From an uncultured Chloroflexia bacterium (GTDB lineage Bacteria > Chloroflexota > Limnocylindria > QHBO01): a DNA stretch of 64,000 bases. Below are positions 49,332 through 59,938 of the stretch, one piece after another (the stretch's first letter is position 1; every line of letters begins with the position of its first letter). A model generated the notes under the pieces. That model was given only the letters and a program-made list of their open reading frames with translations. It did no database searches and was not told where the DNA came from. Position numbers and translations under genes: made by a program. Location of the stretch: the NCBI GenBank assembly GCA_963814375.1, contig CAWFCQ010000007.1, forward strand, positions 256,001 to 320,000. The letters run 5' to 3'.

Positions 49332-49810
49332 TCAGAGGCCCTTCAGGTAGGCGACGATCGAGTCGATCTGCTGCGGGCTGAACTGGTCACCGAAGGCGGG
49401 CATGCCGCCGCGGTCGAGGCCCTCGGTCTCCGGCGTCGTACCGTCGATCCACAGCTGCGCCCAGGTGTCGGGATACTCCGCGCCGAGGTCCTGGAGGTTC
49501 TCGCTGACCGGCCCCTCCGCCACGCCGAGCAGGCTCGGGAAGTCGCCCGATCCCGCCAGGTCAGGCCCATGGCAGGCGGTGCAGGCCGGCTGCGCCTGCG
49601 AGATCAGACGCCTCGCCGACCGCCGGATCCGGGCCCTGCGCTTGCTCCGGGCGCCGAGGCGCTGGCGCCCGGGACCGCGAATGGCGGGTTTTCACCCGAC
49701 AGGTTCGAGGCCAGGTACACGCCGCCGACCAGGAAGATGAAGACGGTGATGCCGATCGCCCACGGCGGCAGGCCGGAGCTGCGGGTCTCGATCGGCGTGT
49801 GGACGGTCAT
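49332..49810 (-). CDS. Membrane-anchored monoheme cytochrome c (apparent frameshift near 49610-49635)
   Basis: N-terminal TM (49604-49810 frame) joined to CTACHG ... GMPAF..FSPQQIDSIVAYL (49332 frame). Confidence 0.75.
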
Positions 49811-49813
49811 CGC

Positions 49814-51303
49814 TCAGTGACCGGTCGCAGCTGCTGTCGAGCCCGGGATCGCGTATTCGGCCGGTTCGGCGCTCGTGTACATCATGAACAGGTTGACGAG
49901 GAGGGCGAGCCCGGCCAGCGCCACGAGCCCGAAGCCCTGCCAGCGCACCGGCGTAGAAGATCGTCAGGGCCGCGTCGATCTCGTCGGGCGCCGCGGCCTC
50001 CGCGCGCAGCGATCCCGCGGCGATGCCGCTGCCCATGAGCGCAAGCCCGGAGATCGTCGTGCCCGCGAAGGCAAGCCACAGCTGGGCGGCGGAGAGCAGC
50101 CCTCCGCCCCAGGCTCGCCGCATGATGCGTGGGATGGCGTGCTCGGCCATCGCGAACGCCGCGAGCGTGAACGCCCCGAAGGTCGCCCAGATCCAGGCCC
50201 CGGTCGACCAGTCGGTTCCTCCTACGAGCGCCTTCACGCTGAGCAACGAGCCCACGGAGTCGACCAGCGTGCTGCCGAGCAGGAACGCGAGCGCAACCGC
50301 CGCCAGCGAAGCCGCGCCGGTGCCGAGGACGAGCGTCCATCGGCCCTGCATCGTCGCGCCGAGGTTGCCGATCGTCAGCAACGCGGGGACGAGCAGCAGC
50401 ATGGTCGCCACCGATCCCGCGACCGTGACGATGAACGGCACGCTCGGATCAGCGAGCACGGCGAGAGCCGAGAGAGGGGCGAGCGCCAGCCATGTGAGCC
50501 ATGCCAGCATCGCAACGCCTCCCGAGGCCAGCGGCTGCCCGACGGCGCGCGGTACGACGTAGTGCAGCGTGGCGTATGCCATGCCGAGCAGCCAGATCGC
50601 GAGAACCGCGCGCTCGATGGCGGCCGACGCCAGTGCCAGCGGCAGGTCGTCGAGGCCGAAGAAGAAATCGAACATGCCGATGCCCGCGTCGAGGCTGAGC
50701 AGCCCCAGCAGGCCGAGCAGGGCGATTCCGCCGAACCAGAGGCTGATGTACGCGGTCCGCAGCGCCGGCGCCACGGTGGCGAGAATCCCCGCGGTGACGA
50801 TGAAGGCCCCCGTTGCGAGCCCTCCGTCGATAAGCCATGGGAAGGCGGTCAGCGGCGCGTTCGGGCCGAGCTCGAAGACGTACAAGCGAGGCCAGCCCGC
50901 CGAACAGCGACATGTTCCAGACCAGGACGCTGAACCAGACCAGCGGCTCCGCCACCAGCCGTCGGCCGACGAGGCGCGGCGTCATGAACGCGAGTGCCGC
51001 GAACCCCGCGTTGCTGAGCCAGCCGTAGACCGATGCGTTGACGAAGGCGACGTCGACACGGTGCACGTTGAACTCGAGGCCGAGGCCAAAGAAGCCGAGC
51101 GGCATCGTGAGGTCGATCGGGTAGATACGCAGGCCGATGGCGAGGACGCCGAGGCCACCCGCGACTGCCAGCCATAGCGCCGCGGCGACGAAGAATCCGG
51201 CTGCTGCGCTGTCCGGACCGCTCGGGACCAAGCTGCGGCGCCGCTTCGGCGGCTGGTCGTACGGGCGCAGCTTCTTCGGGTTGACCGGGGGCTTCACCGT
51301 CAT
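49814..51303 (-). CDS. cbb3-type oxidase subunit I (CcoN)-like membrane protein lacking canonical His ligands; two apparent frameshifts (near 50885 and 49936)
   Basis: TPRLVGRRL, YISLWF, YVVPRAVGQPL and GTDW positional landmarks of CcoN; about 12-13 TMs. Confidence 0.65.
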
Positions 51304-51506
51304 CGGGCGCGTCGACCCTTTCTGCGGGGCTCGCTCGGCAGGCGGAGTAGGCCGCCGCATTGTACCGAACCGTCCCACGCGATCCACGTCGAAGGTCGTA
51401 GGCCCTTCCGGCGCGAGAGCCGATGCCGCCGTCGCAGCTCGCCGGCATCCTCAGGCTGCACACCGGGTCGCATGGGCGGCACTGCACCAAACCGAGGAAC
51501 TCTCAG

Positions 51507-51971
51507 ATGACAACGATGACCACCACCCAGGCGACAGCCGGCATCGGCTTCGATCGCGATGTCGTTTCGCGCGTCGCGGCGGTCGTCGCCGCGCTGATCT
51601 TCGCTACCGCCGGCCTCGTGCTGATCGCCATGGGCATGGCGTTCCCGATCGCCGTCAGCGTCGTCGAGCAGCAGGCGCTCCGCGTCGATCCGGCCGACCT
51701 CGCCTTCGCCTCCCGCCTGGGCGGCGTCTGGTATCTCTTCATCGGCGCCTCGGCCGCAAACTTCGCCGCGGCGCTCGCGATCCTCGATCGGGGTGCGCTG
51801 GCGAAGCGGATCGCGATCGTCGTGTCGGGAACGACCCTTGCGCTCGTCCTGGCGGCGGGCATCGGGATCGCGCTCGATGGCAGCAACCAGGCCGCGCAGA
51901 GCGTCATCGGCGGCCTGTCGGCAGCCTTCGCGGTCGCCCTCGCTGCATCGATCGCCGTCAAGCGCAGCTAG
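51507..51971 (+). CDS. 4-TM membrane protein, hypothetical
   Basis: GAGGA RBS, four hydrophobic segments. Confidence 0.65.
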   Translation: MTTMTTTQATAGIGFDRDVVSRVAAVVAALIFATAGLVLIAMGMAFPIAVSVVEQQALRVDPADLAFASRLGGVWYLFIGASAANFAAALAILDRGALAKRIAIVVSGTTLALVLAAGIGIALDGSNQAAQSVIGGLSAAFAVALAASIAVKRS

Positions 51972-52140
51972 CCCCAAACGGGTCCACGGCGATCCGTATC
52001 CGATAGATCGGACACGTCTACACAGGAAGCGGGGTTCGCGTGAAGTTCTGACCGATACGTCGGACAGTCCTTCGCACGATTACCCAGTCTTGTGAAGATC
52101 TGACCGATCTATCGGGCGCCGCGCCCATCGCGGGGAAGCA

Positions 52141-52170
52141 CGAAAGCCGCCTGGCGGGAGGCGGCTTTCG
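52141..52170. terminator. Intrinsic terminator hairpin after tRNA-fMet
   Basis: CGAAAGCCGCCT-ggcggg-AGGCGGCTTTCG perfect 12-bp stem. Confidence 0.75.
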
Positions 52171-52183
52171 CATCGGAAATGCG

Positions 52184-52258
<75 letters not shown>

Positions 52259-52306
52259 GCGGCCAATGGTAGTGGCGACCCGGGGTCCGGTCAAACGCTC
52301 GGCGGC

Positions 52307-52630
52307 CTAGCGGCGCCGGAAGATGCGCCAGATCACGAACAGCGCGAAGACCCCGACGAGCTGGCCGCCGAGGATGACCCGATTCAGGTCGAGCGCCGGC
52401 TCCCAGCTGGCGTTGCCGTCGCGAATGACGTACATCCCTGCAGGCTTCGCGGTGAGGCCGAAGCCCCCGCCGCCGGCGCCTTCGTTGTCGTTTCCGCCGC
52501 CGCCCCCGCCGCGAACCTTGGCGGCCGGGAGGAAGAGCGCGCCATCGCGCTCGATCGGCTCGCCGAAGACCTGCTTCGGCTTCATCCCTTCGAGGGTGCT
52601 GGTCAGGGTTTCCTGGAGCGTATTCGTCAT
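52307..52630 (-). CDS. YtfJ/GerW-like protein
   Basis: VFGEPIERDG, GGGGGG..GGGGGFG..PAG.YVI motif, C-terminal TM. Confidence 0.75.
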   Translation of the reverse strand: MTNTLQETLTSTLEGMKPKQVFGEPIERDGALFLPAAKVRGGGGGGNDNEGAGGGGFGLTAKPAGMYVIRDGNASWEPALDLNRVILGGQLVGVFALFVIWRIFRRR

Positions 52631-52918
52631 CGTCGATCTCCTTGATGCGGAGATCGATTATCGGCCCCGGGCGCGGCGGCGGTCGAACCCGGCCGGCGGC
52701 GGATGCCTCGACCCATCGCGACGACTTCACACGAAGGCGCTTTCAGGCTGCGTTCCCGCGATGAATCGCGGACGGACACGCTTGAGGCGCACCCGCAAGT
52801 GCCGGTCGTGCGTGGGAGGCAGCGATCGATCGCGAGAACCGCACTCGGGGTGGCGCTCAGGCGCAACGGCCGCGATGATTCGCGATCTCACCGGATCAAC
52901 GCCAGAGCGGACGAGGAG

Positions 52919-53302
52919 ATGTACACGAAGCTCTTCCCGATCATCGCCACCACTGACGTCGCAAGGTCGGTCGAGTTCTACCGAGGCCTCCTGGGCGGGA
53001 CGGTGACCTACGAATTTCCGGGGCCGAACGGATCGCCGGCGTATGTCGGGCTAACCGTCGGCGACTCGTCGCTCGGGATCGGGCTGACCGATGCGCCGGT
53101 CGTTGTTCCCCGTCCGCGGCCCATCGCGCTGTGGGTCTACGCAGACGACTGCGATGCGGCGGTCGCCGACCTTCGAGCGGCGGGTGTGCCGGTCATAGAG
53201 GAGCCGACGACGCAGCCGTGGGGAGAGCGAGTGGCCAGGGTCCTCGACCCGGACGGCAACGAGGTCATCATCGGCGCGATCGTCACCGCCGACGAGGAAT
53301 GA
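52919..53302 (+). CDS. VOC/glyoxalase family protein
   Basis: GAGGAG RBS; RSVEFYRGLLG, QPWGERVARVLDPDGNEV. Confidence 0.85.
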   Translation: MYTKLFPIIATTDVARSVEFYRGLLGGTVTYEFPGPNGSPAYVGLTVGDSSLGIGLTDAPVVVPRPRPIALWVYADDCDAAVADLRAAGVPVIEEPTTQPWGERVARVLDPDGNEVIIGAIVTADEE

Positions 53303-54529
53303 TCAGGTGGGCCGGTGCGCGCCGGGCTCCATCTCGACGACGGCGTGGTGGATGCCGTGGAGATCGAGCAGGCCGAGGTAGGGGTCGGGGTCGAACGCCT
53401 CCGGACCGAGGACGCCTGCGCCGGACCAGGCTCCGGTGGCGAGCAGCTCCATCGCGATCGTGGGGTTGAACCCGGTTTGCCAGCCAACGACCTGGAGCCC
53501 CGTGGTGCGCCAGATCTCCTCCGCATCGGCCATCTGGTAGGCGAAGGTCTCGCGGGGCTTGCCATCCTTGGTGCCGAGCACCCAGGTGCCGACCACCGCG
53601 CGTCCGCGGAACTTGTCCCCGAGCGTGATCGGGTCGGGCGTGATGGCGGCCAGGACGTCCCGCGGCGCAACCTCGACGCCCTTCACGGAGACGCGATCGG
53701 TCCGATCCATGCCGAGCGCGTGGATCGTCTTGAGCTTGTCGATGAAGTCGGCGCCGAGCGCGTACTTGAAGGTCGCGCGTCGCGTCTCGATCCAGCGAGG
53801 CACGAGGAGCACCTCCTCGTGCTCGACGTTGACGCATTCGACCGGACCGATGCCATCCGGGAACGGGAACGACTCCGGCGCGCTGAAGGGCTCGGTGGTG
53901 TGCCAGGCGCCATCGGCCCACACGATCGGCGGATTGAGGCACTCCTCGATGGTGGTCCAGATGCTGAAGACCGGCGCGAAGGCGAAGCCGGGGATCTCGA
54001 GGTCGCCGCCGTCGCGAACGTGGACCTCGTGGACCTCGTCGAACGAATGCTTGGCGGCGTGGGCGGCGAAGACGTCGGTCAGGCCAGGGTCCATCCCCAT
54101 GCCGACGAGGGCGAGCTTGCCACGCGCCTCCCAGGCTTCGGCCTTGGCGAACTGCTCGTCGCCGAGCTTCAGGCCGGGCTCGCTGAATGGACGCTCGGGG
54201 TGCCTCTTCGAGAGGCTCATCGCCATGTCCATGTAGTGGACGTTCGCCTCCAGCGCACCGGTGAAGATCGGCATCACGAACTGCGGATCGACCGCGTTCA
54301 TGACGAGGTCGACCCGGTGAGCGAGGGCCGCCTCGGTCACGTTGGCGGGATCGCGGGCGTCGAGCTGGATGGCAGGAAAGCGATCGGCGTCGTCGAGAGC
54401 ATCGGCGAGCGTGCGTGCGCGATCGAGGTCGTAGTCGGCCAGGATCATGGCCTCGCACCAATCGGCCGTGGCGGAGATGCGGGCGATCGCCTCTCCGACC
54501 GTTCCCACGCCGATCAACAGGACTCGCAT
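53303..54529 (-). CDS. Saccharopine dehydrogenase-like (carboxynorspermidine synthase-related) oxidoreductase
   Basis: IGVGTVG Rossmann motif, YMDMAMS, GMDPGLTD, TTIEEC, VEHEE, GVLGPEAFDP. Confidence 0.85.
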   Translation of the reverse strand: MRVLLIGVGTVGEAIARISATADWCEAMILADYDLDRARTLADALDDADRFPAIQLDARDPANVTEAALAHRVDLVMNAVDPQFVMPIFTGALEANVHYMDMAMSLSKRHPERPFSEPGLKLGDEQFAKAEAWEARGKLALVGMGMDPGLTDVFAAHAAKHSFDEVHEVHVRDGGDLEIPGFAFAPVFSIWTTIEECLNPPIVWADGAWHTTEPFSAPESFPFPDGIGPVECVNVEHEEVLLVPRWIETRRATFKYALGADFIDKLKTIHALGMDRTDRVSVKGVEVAPRDVLAAITPDPITLGDKFRGRAVVGTWVLGTKDGKPRETFAYQMADAEEIWRTTGLQVVGWQTGFNPTIAMELLATGAWSGAGVLGPEAFDPDPYLGLLDLHGIHHAVVEMEPGAHRPT

Positions 54530-54681
54530 AGCCCTCCCGCTTTCTGGACGTTCTCTACCGAATCGGTGGCCGATGGCCGGCGCATCTGCTGGCTCCGTGG
54601 CGATGGCCGGATGATATTACCGATCCGCGCAGATTCTGGCCCCATCAGGGCTCCGTCCGACGACCGCGATGGGCCGCCGCG

Positions 54682-55368
54682 TCAAGGCAGCGCCGGTTCA
54701 GCCACCCTGATCGGCTCCTTCTCCCGACCCTCCGGCCCGGGCCGCCATCGGAGCCACAGCTCGGCGGCCGCGACGTGCAGCAGCCATCCGAGCCAGAACG
54801 CCAGCGCTAGGCCCTCGCGGAAGCTGAGCAGCCCGAAGCCCTCGAACAGGCCGACCCAGATCCGGATCGTCCCCACCGCCACCCCGACCGCGAACGCGCG
54901 AATCATCCAGCGCCGATGCGTGCGGATGTCCTTGCGCCGGATGGCGCGGTATGCCGTGACCAGGCACGCCACGAACCAGGCACCGAACACGACTGCAGCA
55001 ACCGCCTCGATTGGGCCCCCGAACGCGAAGAAGAGGCCAAACGTGAAGCCGAGGACGCCGGACACGAGCCCCGCTGTGAGGGCCACGCGACCGATGCGGC
55101 GGTGCCACCCGATGTGGCGGTTCCGGAAGCCCCGCCACAGCTGTATGGGTGCGAGGACGAGATAGATGACTCCGGGCACGATATGCCCATAGGCCAGCCA
55201 CGGGTAGCGCGCGTACCGGTGATCGAACTCGACGGGAGCCGGCAGCGTTCCCGATGAGATGGCCGGCACGTCGTTCGTGAGCCGAATGCCAACGAAGACG
55301 AAGACGATCAGGATCAGGAAGATCGCGATCCCCATCGCGACGCGCGGTCGAGCGAGCCGATTCCCCAC
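54682..55368 (-). CDS. DUF2306-like membrane protein
   Basis: HIVPG, WHRRIGR, HRRWMIRAFA motifs. Confidence 0.8.
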   Translation of the reverse strand: MGNRLARPRVAMGIAIFLILIVFVFVGIRLTNDVPAISSGTLPAPVEFDHRYARYPWLAYGHIVPGVIYLVLAPIQLWRGFRNRHIGWHRRIGRVALTAGLVSGVLGFTFGLFFAFGGPIEAVAAVVFGAWFVACLVTAYRAIRRKDIRTHRRWMIRAFAVGVAVGTIRIWVGLFEGFGLLSFREGLALAFWLGWLLHVAAAELWLRWRPGPEGREKEPIRVAEPALP

Positions 55369-55377
55369 CCGCCGAGT

Positions 55378-56102
<725 letters not shown>

Positions 56103-56106
<4 letters not shown>

Positions 56107-57134
56107 CGGTCAGGCTCCCGGCGCTCGTGCGTGTCGGGCCAGATGCTGATGTGGTCAGACTCGAGATGTACGCGCACCTTGCCCTCGAGCCCCAGTGCCT
56201 CGACGTGCGCCCGTGGCAGCTGGAGGCGGCCGGCGCGATCGAGGACGGCGAACTCCTCGGCGATGATCTCGTGCTCGCCCTCGTCCGAGAGCTTGCTGCG
56301 CCGCAGCGTCTCCGACGAGGTACGCCCGTCGCGGATGGCGACCGTGCGCTGCACCTGCTCGGAGACGAGCGGATCGTGGGTGACGATGACGACGGTGGTG
56401 CCGAGCTCGCCGTTGAGCCCGCGCATGAGGTCGAAGATCTCGGCGCTGGTGGCGGTGTCCAGCTCGCCGGTCGGCTCGTCGGCGAGGAGCACCTCCGGCG
56501 CGTTGGCCAACGCCACGGCGATCGCGACGCGCTGCTGCTCGCCGCCGCTGAGCCGCTCGGGCCGATGGTCGGCACGGTCCTCGAGGCCAACCATGCGCAG
56601 CAGCTCCAGTGCGCGGGTGCGATTGCCCGAACCGTCGAGGATCATCGGCATCTCGACGTTCTCGACCGCGGAGAGGTACGGCAGCAGGTTCTTGGCCGTC
56701 TGCTGCCAGACGAAGCCGATCGTGCGGCGGCGGTAGCGGGTGCGCTCGCTGCGGCCCATGCCGGTCAGATCGTGGCCGGCCACCGTCGCGCGACCCGCCG
56801 ACGGCACGTCGAGCCCGCCGAGGATGTTGAGGAGCGTCGACTTGCCGGATCCCGACGCGCCGACGATGGCGATCATCTCGCCCGGATCGACCAGCAGGTC
56901 CAGGCCCTGGAGCGCGACGACTTCGAGATCGGCGACCTTGAAGATCTTGACGAGGTTGTCGCACACGATGAGCGCGCCCTCGCCGAAGCGTCGCCGAGCG
57001 GCGACCTCCGGCTGCGGCAGCTCCGCCGGCTCGGCCCAGGCTGCGGCACTCGGCGCCGGAGCCTCGCGTGGAAGGTCGACGATCTCGCTGTGGGGATCGG
57101 TGGTCTGGTCGCGCACGGGCATATCTTTGCCCAT
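56103..57134 (-). CDS. ABC transporter ATP-binding protein with C-terminal AbrB-like tail
   Basis: GASGSGKS, LSGGEQQRVA, ADEPTGELD, VLDRAGRLQLP. Confidence 0.9.
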
Positions 57135-59938
57135 CACTCGATCCCCTCGCGAATCGCGCGGGCCGGGTCGGCTCGGCGCTGCATCCAGGCCGCGAGGGCG
57201 ACGCCGACCGCGACGATGGCCAGAAGGATGGCCGTGAGCAGGAGGAGCTGATCGAAGTCGATCGTGAGCACTGGGTCGCCCGCGCTGCCGGTGAACACCC
57301 CGAGGCCAAGGCCGGGAAGCACGACCCAGCCCACGGCCACCCCGAGCAGCAGGCCGGCCACGATCGCGACCAGCACCGGCGGCGCGTGCTCGATGATCGC
57401 CAAGAGCGTCACCTGCCGCCGCCCCAGCCCCATGGTCCGCAGGTGGGCGGTCTCGCCCGCGCGCGCCGCACCCGCCAGGCCCAGCGAGGTGATGACCGCC
57501 AGGGCGGCGTACGCCACCGCGACGCCCAGTGACAGCGCGAAGCCGGTGCCGATGGCGTTCACGAGTGGTCGATCGCGGAGCTCGGCGAGCTGCTCGGCCT
57601 GCGACTGTACCGAGGCGGTGGAGCCAACCTCGCTCACCGCGCTGCGGATATCGTCGACGGAGTCGGCCGGCGCCCGGACGAAGAGGCTCGTGGTCGTCAG
57701 CTGGCGATCGGGGAGGGCGGCCGCAAGATGCGCTCGCGGCACGATGATGAACGCCTGCTCGGCCGTCAGCGACGCCACCTGATCGGTGAGGCCCACCACT
57801 TCGAAGGTCGCAAAGCGCGCCTCGATCGTCAGCTCGAAGCGGTCGCCTTCGCGGAACGAGCTCGTGCTCGCGCGCGCCAGCGCCCGCGACACGATGGCCG
57901 GGATCGGTGCCTCGCTGGTGCCCGGGCGAGCGTCGCCGATGGGCGCGGTGAACTGCCCGGGGAAGTGCGTCTCGACCGGCGTGCCGGCGGTGACAGCCTC
58001 GTACTCGGGCGCGTCGATCGCCCCCAGCCTTACCCTGCCGCCGCCGGCGATCCCGACCGATGCATCGGTGAGATGGGCACCGGCGACCTCGTCCACCCCG
58101 GCGATGCCGCTGAGATCGATCTCCGCGAAGTGACGGTCGCCGCCGGTCACGCGGTGGGCAGCGCCGGTGACCTGCCATGACTCGGCGACCTGGCCATCGT
58201 CGATGGTCGCGAGCATCGTGGAGGAGAAGGCGCCGATCGCCACGGTCAGGAGCAGGACGATCAGTGGCAGGTGGCCCGCGCCAGCCTGTCGCTCGGCCCG
58301 CCGGAGCCCGAGAGCCGGAACCATGCCACGTCCGGAGGCGGCGACCCAGCCGGCCGCTCGGACCGGGTAGGGGTAGAGACGCACCGTCACGATGCCGACC
58401 GCCAGCCCCACCAGCGCCGGTACCGCGGCGAGGAACGGGTCGACGCCGGCCAGTGCCCCCGCGGCTGACCCACCCGCCAGACCCCGTTGGCGCAGGAGCA
58501 CCACGCCGCCGATGGCAAGCCCCACGACCAGCCCCTCGAAGGCCAGGCGCCGCGGGCTTGCTCCCATCCCGGCGGGCGACTCGCGGCCGATGCGCCGCAG
58601 CGGACGAAGCGCGAGCGGCATGACGGCCACGACCAGGACGATGATGGCGCCAAGGGCCACGATGCCGGCCGCGACCGCGGACATCGGCGTGTCGCGCGCC
58701 TCAACGGCCGCGGTCGCAAGGAGCAGGGCGGCCGCGGCAGGTGCCACCGCCAGGAGCAGGCCCTCGACGATGTGCGAGCCGACGAGCTGTCTCCCCGATC
58801 CCCCGCGCCCACGGAGGAGGACCAGCGATCCACGCCGTCGCTGCACGGCCAGCAGGGCCAGGACGGCGATCGCGACGACGGCAACAGCGGCGGGGCCCAT
58901 GAGCGCGGTGACGAGGACCGCTTCCGACGCGCGGAACTCGGCCTGGAATCGGTTCATGAGATCCAGGAGGCCGGTGCGCAGAGTCGTGGTTTCGGGATCC
59001 TCCACGGTCGCGAACGATGCGTAATTCGCCTCCATGCGCTGGAGGTCGATGACCAGCCTGTCGACCATGCCCGCATCGAGGCGCTCCGGATCGGGGTAGT
59101 AGCGGAAGGAGTAGCGAAGCGGCGTCCCGAGCTCGTTGGTCGCCGGATAGGCATCGGGCGAGGCGAGGGCGGTGCCGTAGACCATGACGATGTTGATGCC
59201 GACCGGCACCAGGTTGGGCTCGTGAAGGCCGCGGTCGCCGACCCAGAAGTCACCGTCAGGATCGGTCACCTCGATGAGGCCCACGACCTCGGCTGCGACG
59301 GCCTCCGGGAAGCCGAATGCGCCGACCAGCGGATCGTCCTGCGAGGGGAAAACGTGCATCACGTCCCCGATCTCGACCGCCAGCTCCTCCGCCGTGACCG
59401 TCGAGAGCGCGACTTCGAAGAGCAATCCCTGGCGGTCCTCGGGGACCGGTACCGATCCCGGCGGCAGGTCCGGCGCGGGCACGCGCCGCGTTTCTCCGGT
59501 CGGCATGCGACCGTCGACGAGCCGAACCTCGTCGCCGAGATCCCCCTGGAACTGGAGCGTGATGAATCCGGGGCGGTTCGCAGGACGGTCCAGGACCGAG
59601 TAGACGACGCTCTCCGCGAGCATCGAATCGCCAGAAATGATGCGTCGGACACTCTCCGGCAGGCCGGCCTCGATCTCGCTCTCGACTGCCGCAATCGGCT
59701 CCATCGCCTCTCCTGGCGCGGCAACGATGCTGTCGATCCGCCCGAGCTGGAGGTTGCGCTCGACCACGCTGGCCTCCCCGACCTCGTAGCGGAGGCCGGC
59801 ATCCGCGGCGGTGTTGAAGAGACGGGGCGCGGCAGCCGCGAGCAGGGCGGTGACGAAGACCAGCGCGATGATCAGCAGGCCGGGCAGCCGATCCTGCCTC
59901 AGGCGTGAGACGAGCAGTCGGATGGCGGCCACGCTCAC
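57134..59938 (-). CDS. FtsX-like ABC transporter permease
   Basis: Large extracellular domain, LLRGRGGS and LRTMGL FtsX motifs; GTG start overlaps the upstream stop. Confidence 0.82.
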   Translation of the reverse strand: MSVAAIRLLVSRLRQDRLPGLLIIALVFVTALLAAAAPRLFNTAADAGLRYEVGEASVVERNLQLGRIDSIVAAPGEAMEPIAAVESEIEAGLPESVRRIISGDSMLAESVVYSVLDRPANRPGFITLQFQGDLGDEVRLVDGRMPTGETRRVPAPDLPPGSVPVPEDRQGLLFEVALSTVTAEELAVEIGDVMHVFPSQDDPLVGAFGFPEAVAAEVVGLIEVTDPDGDFWVGDRGLHEPNLVPVGINIVMVYGTALASPDAYPATNELGTPLRYSFRYYPDPERLDAGMVDRLVIDLQRMEANYASFATVEDPETTTLRTGLLDLMNRFQAEFRASEAVLVTALMGPAAVAVVAIAVLALLAVQRRRGSLVLLRGRGGSGRQLVGSHIVEGLLLAVAPAAAALLLATAAVEARDTPMSAVAAGIVALGAIIVLVVAVMPLALRPLRRIGRESPAGMGASPRRLAFEGLVVGLAIGGVVLLRQRGLAGGSAAGALAGVDPFLAAVPALVGLAVGIVTVRLYPYPVRAAGWVAASGRGMVPALGLRRAERQAGAGHLPLIVLLLTVAIGAFSSTMLATIDDGQVAESWQVTGAAHRVTGGDRHFAEIDLSGIAGVDEVAGAHLTDASVGIAGGGRVRLGAIDAPEYEAVTAGTPVETHFPGQFTAPIGDARPGTSEAPIPAIVSRALARASTSSFREGDRFELTIEARFATFEVVGLTDQVASLTAEQAFIIVPRAHLAAALPDRQLTTTSLFVRAPADSVDDIRSAVSEVGSTASVQSQAEQLAELRDRPLVNAIGTGFALSLGVAVAYAALAVITSLGLAGAARAGETAHLRTMGLGRRQVTLLAIIEHAPPVLVAIVAGLLLGVAVGWVVLPGLGLGVFTGSAGDPVLTIDFDQLLLLTAILLAIVAVGVALAAWMQRRADPARAIREGIE

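Noticed and set aside
51380-51500. Riboswitch upstream of the 4-TM protein
   Set aside because: GC-rich hairpins only; no recognisable conserved riboswitch motif by eye.
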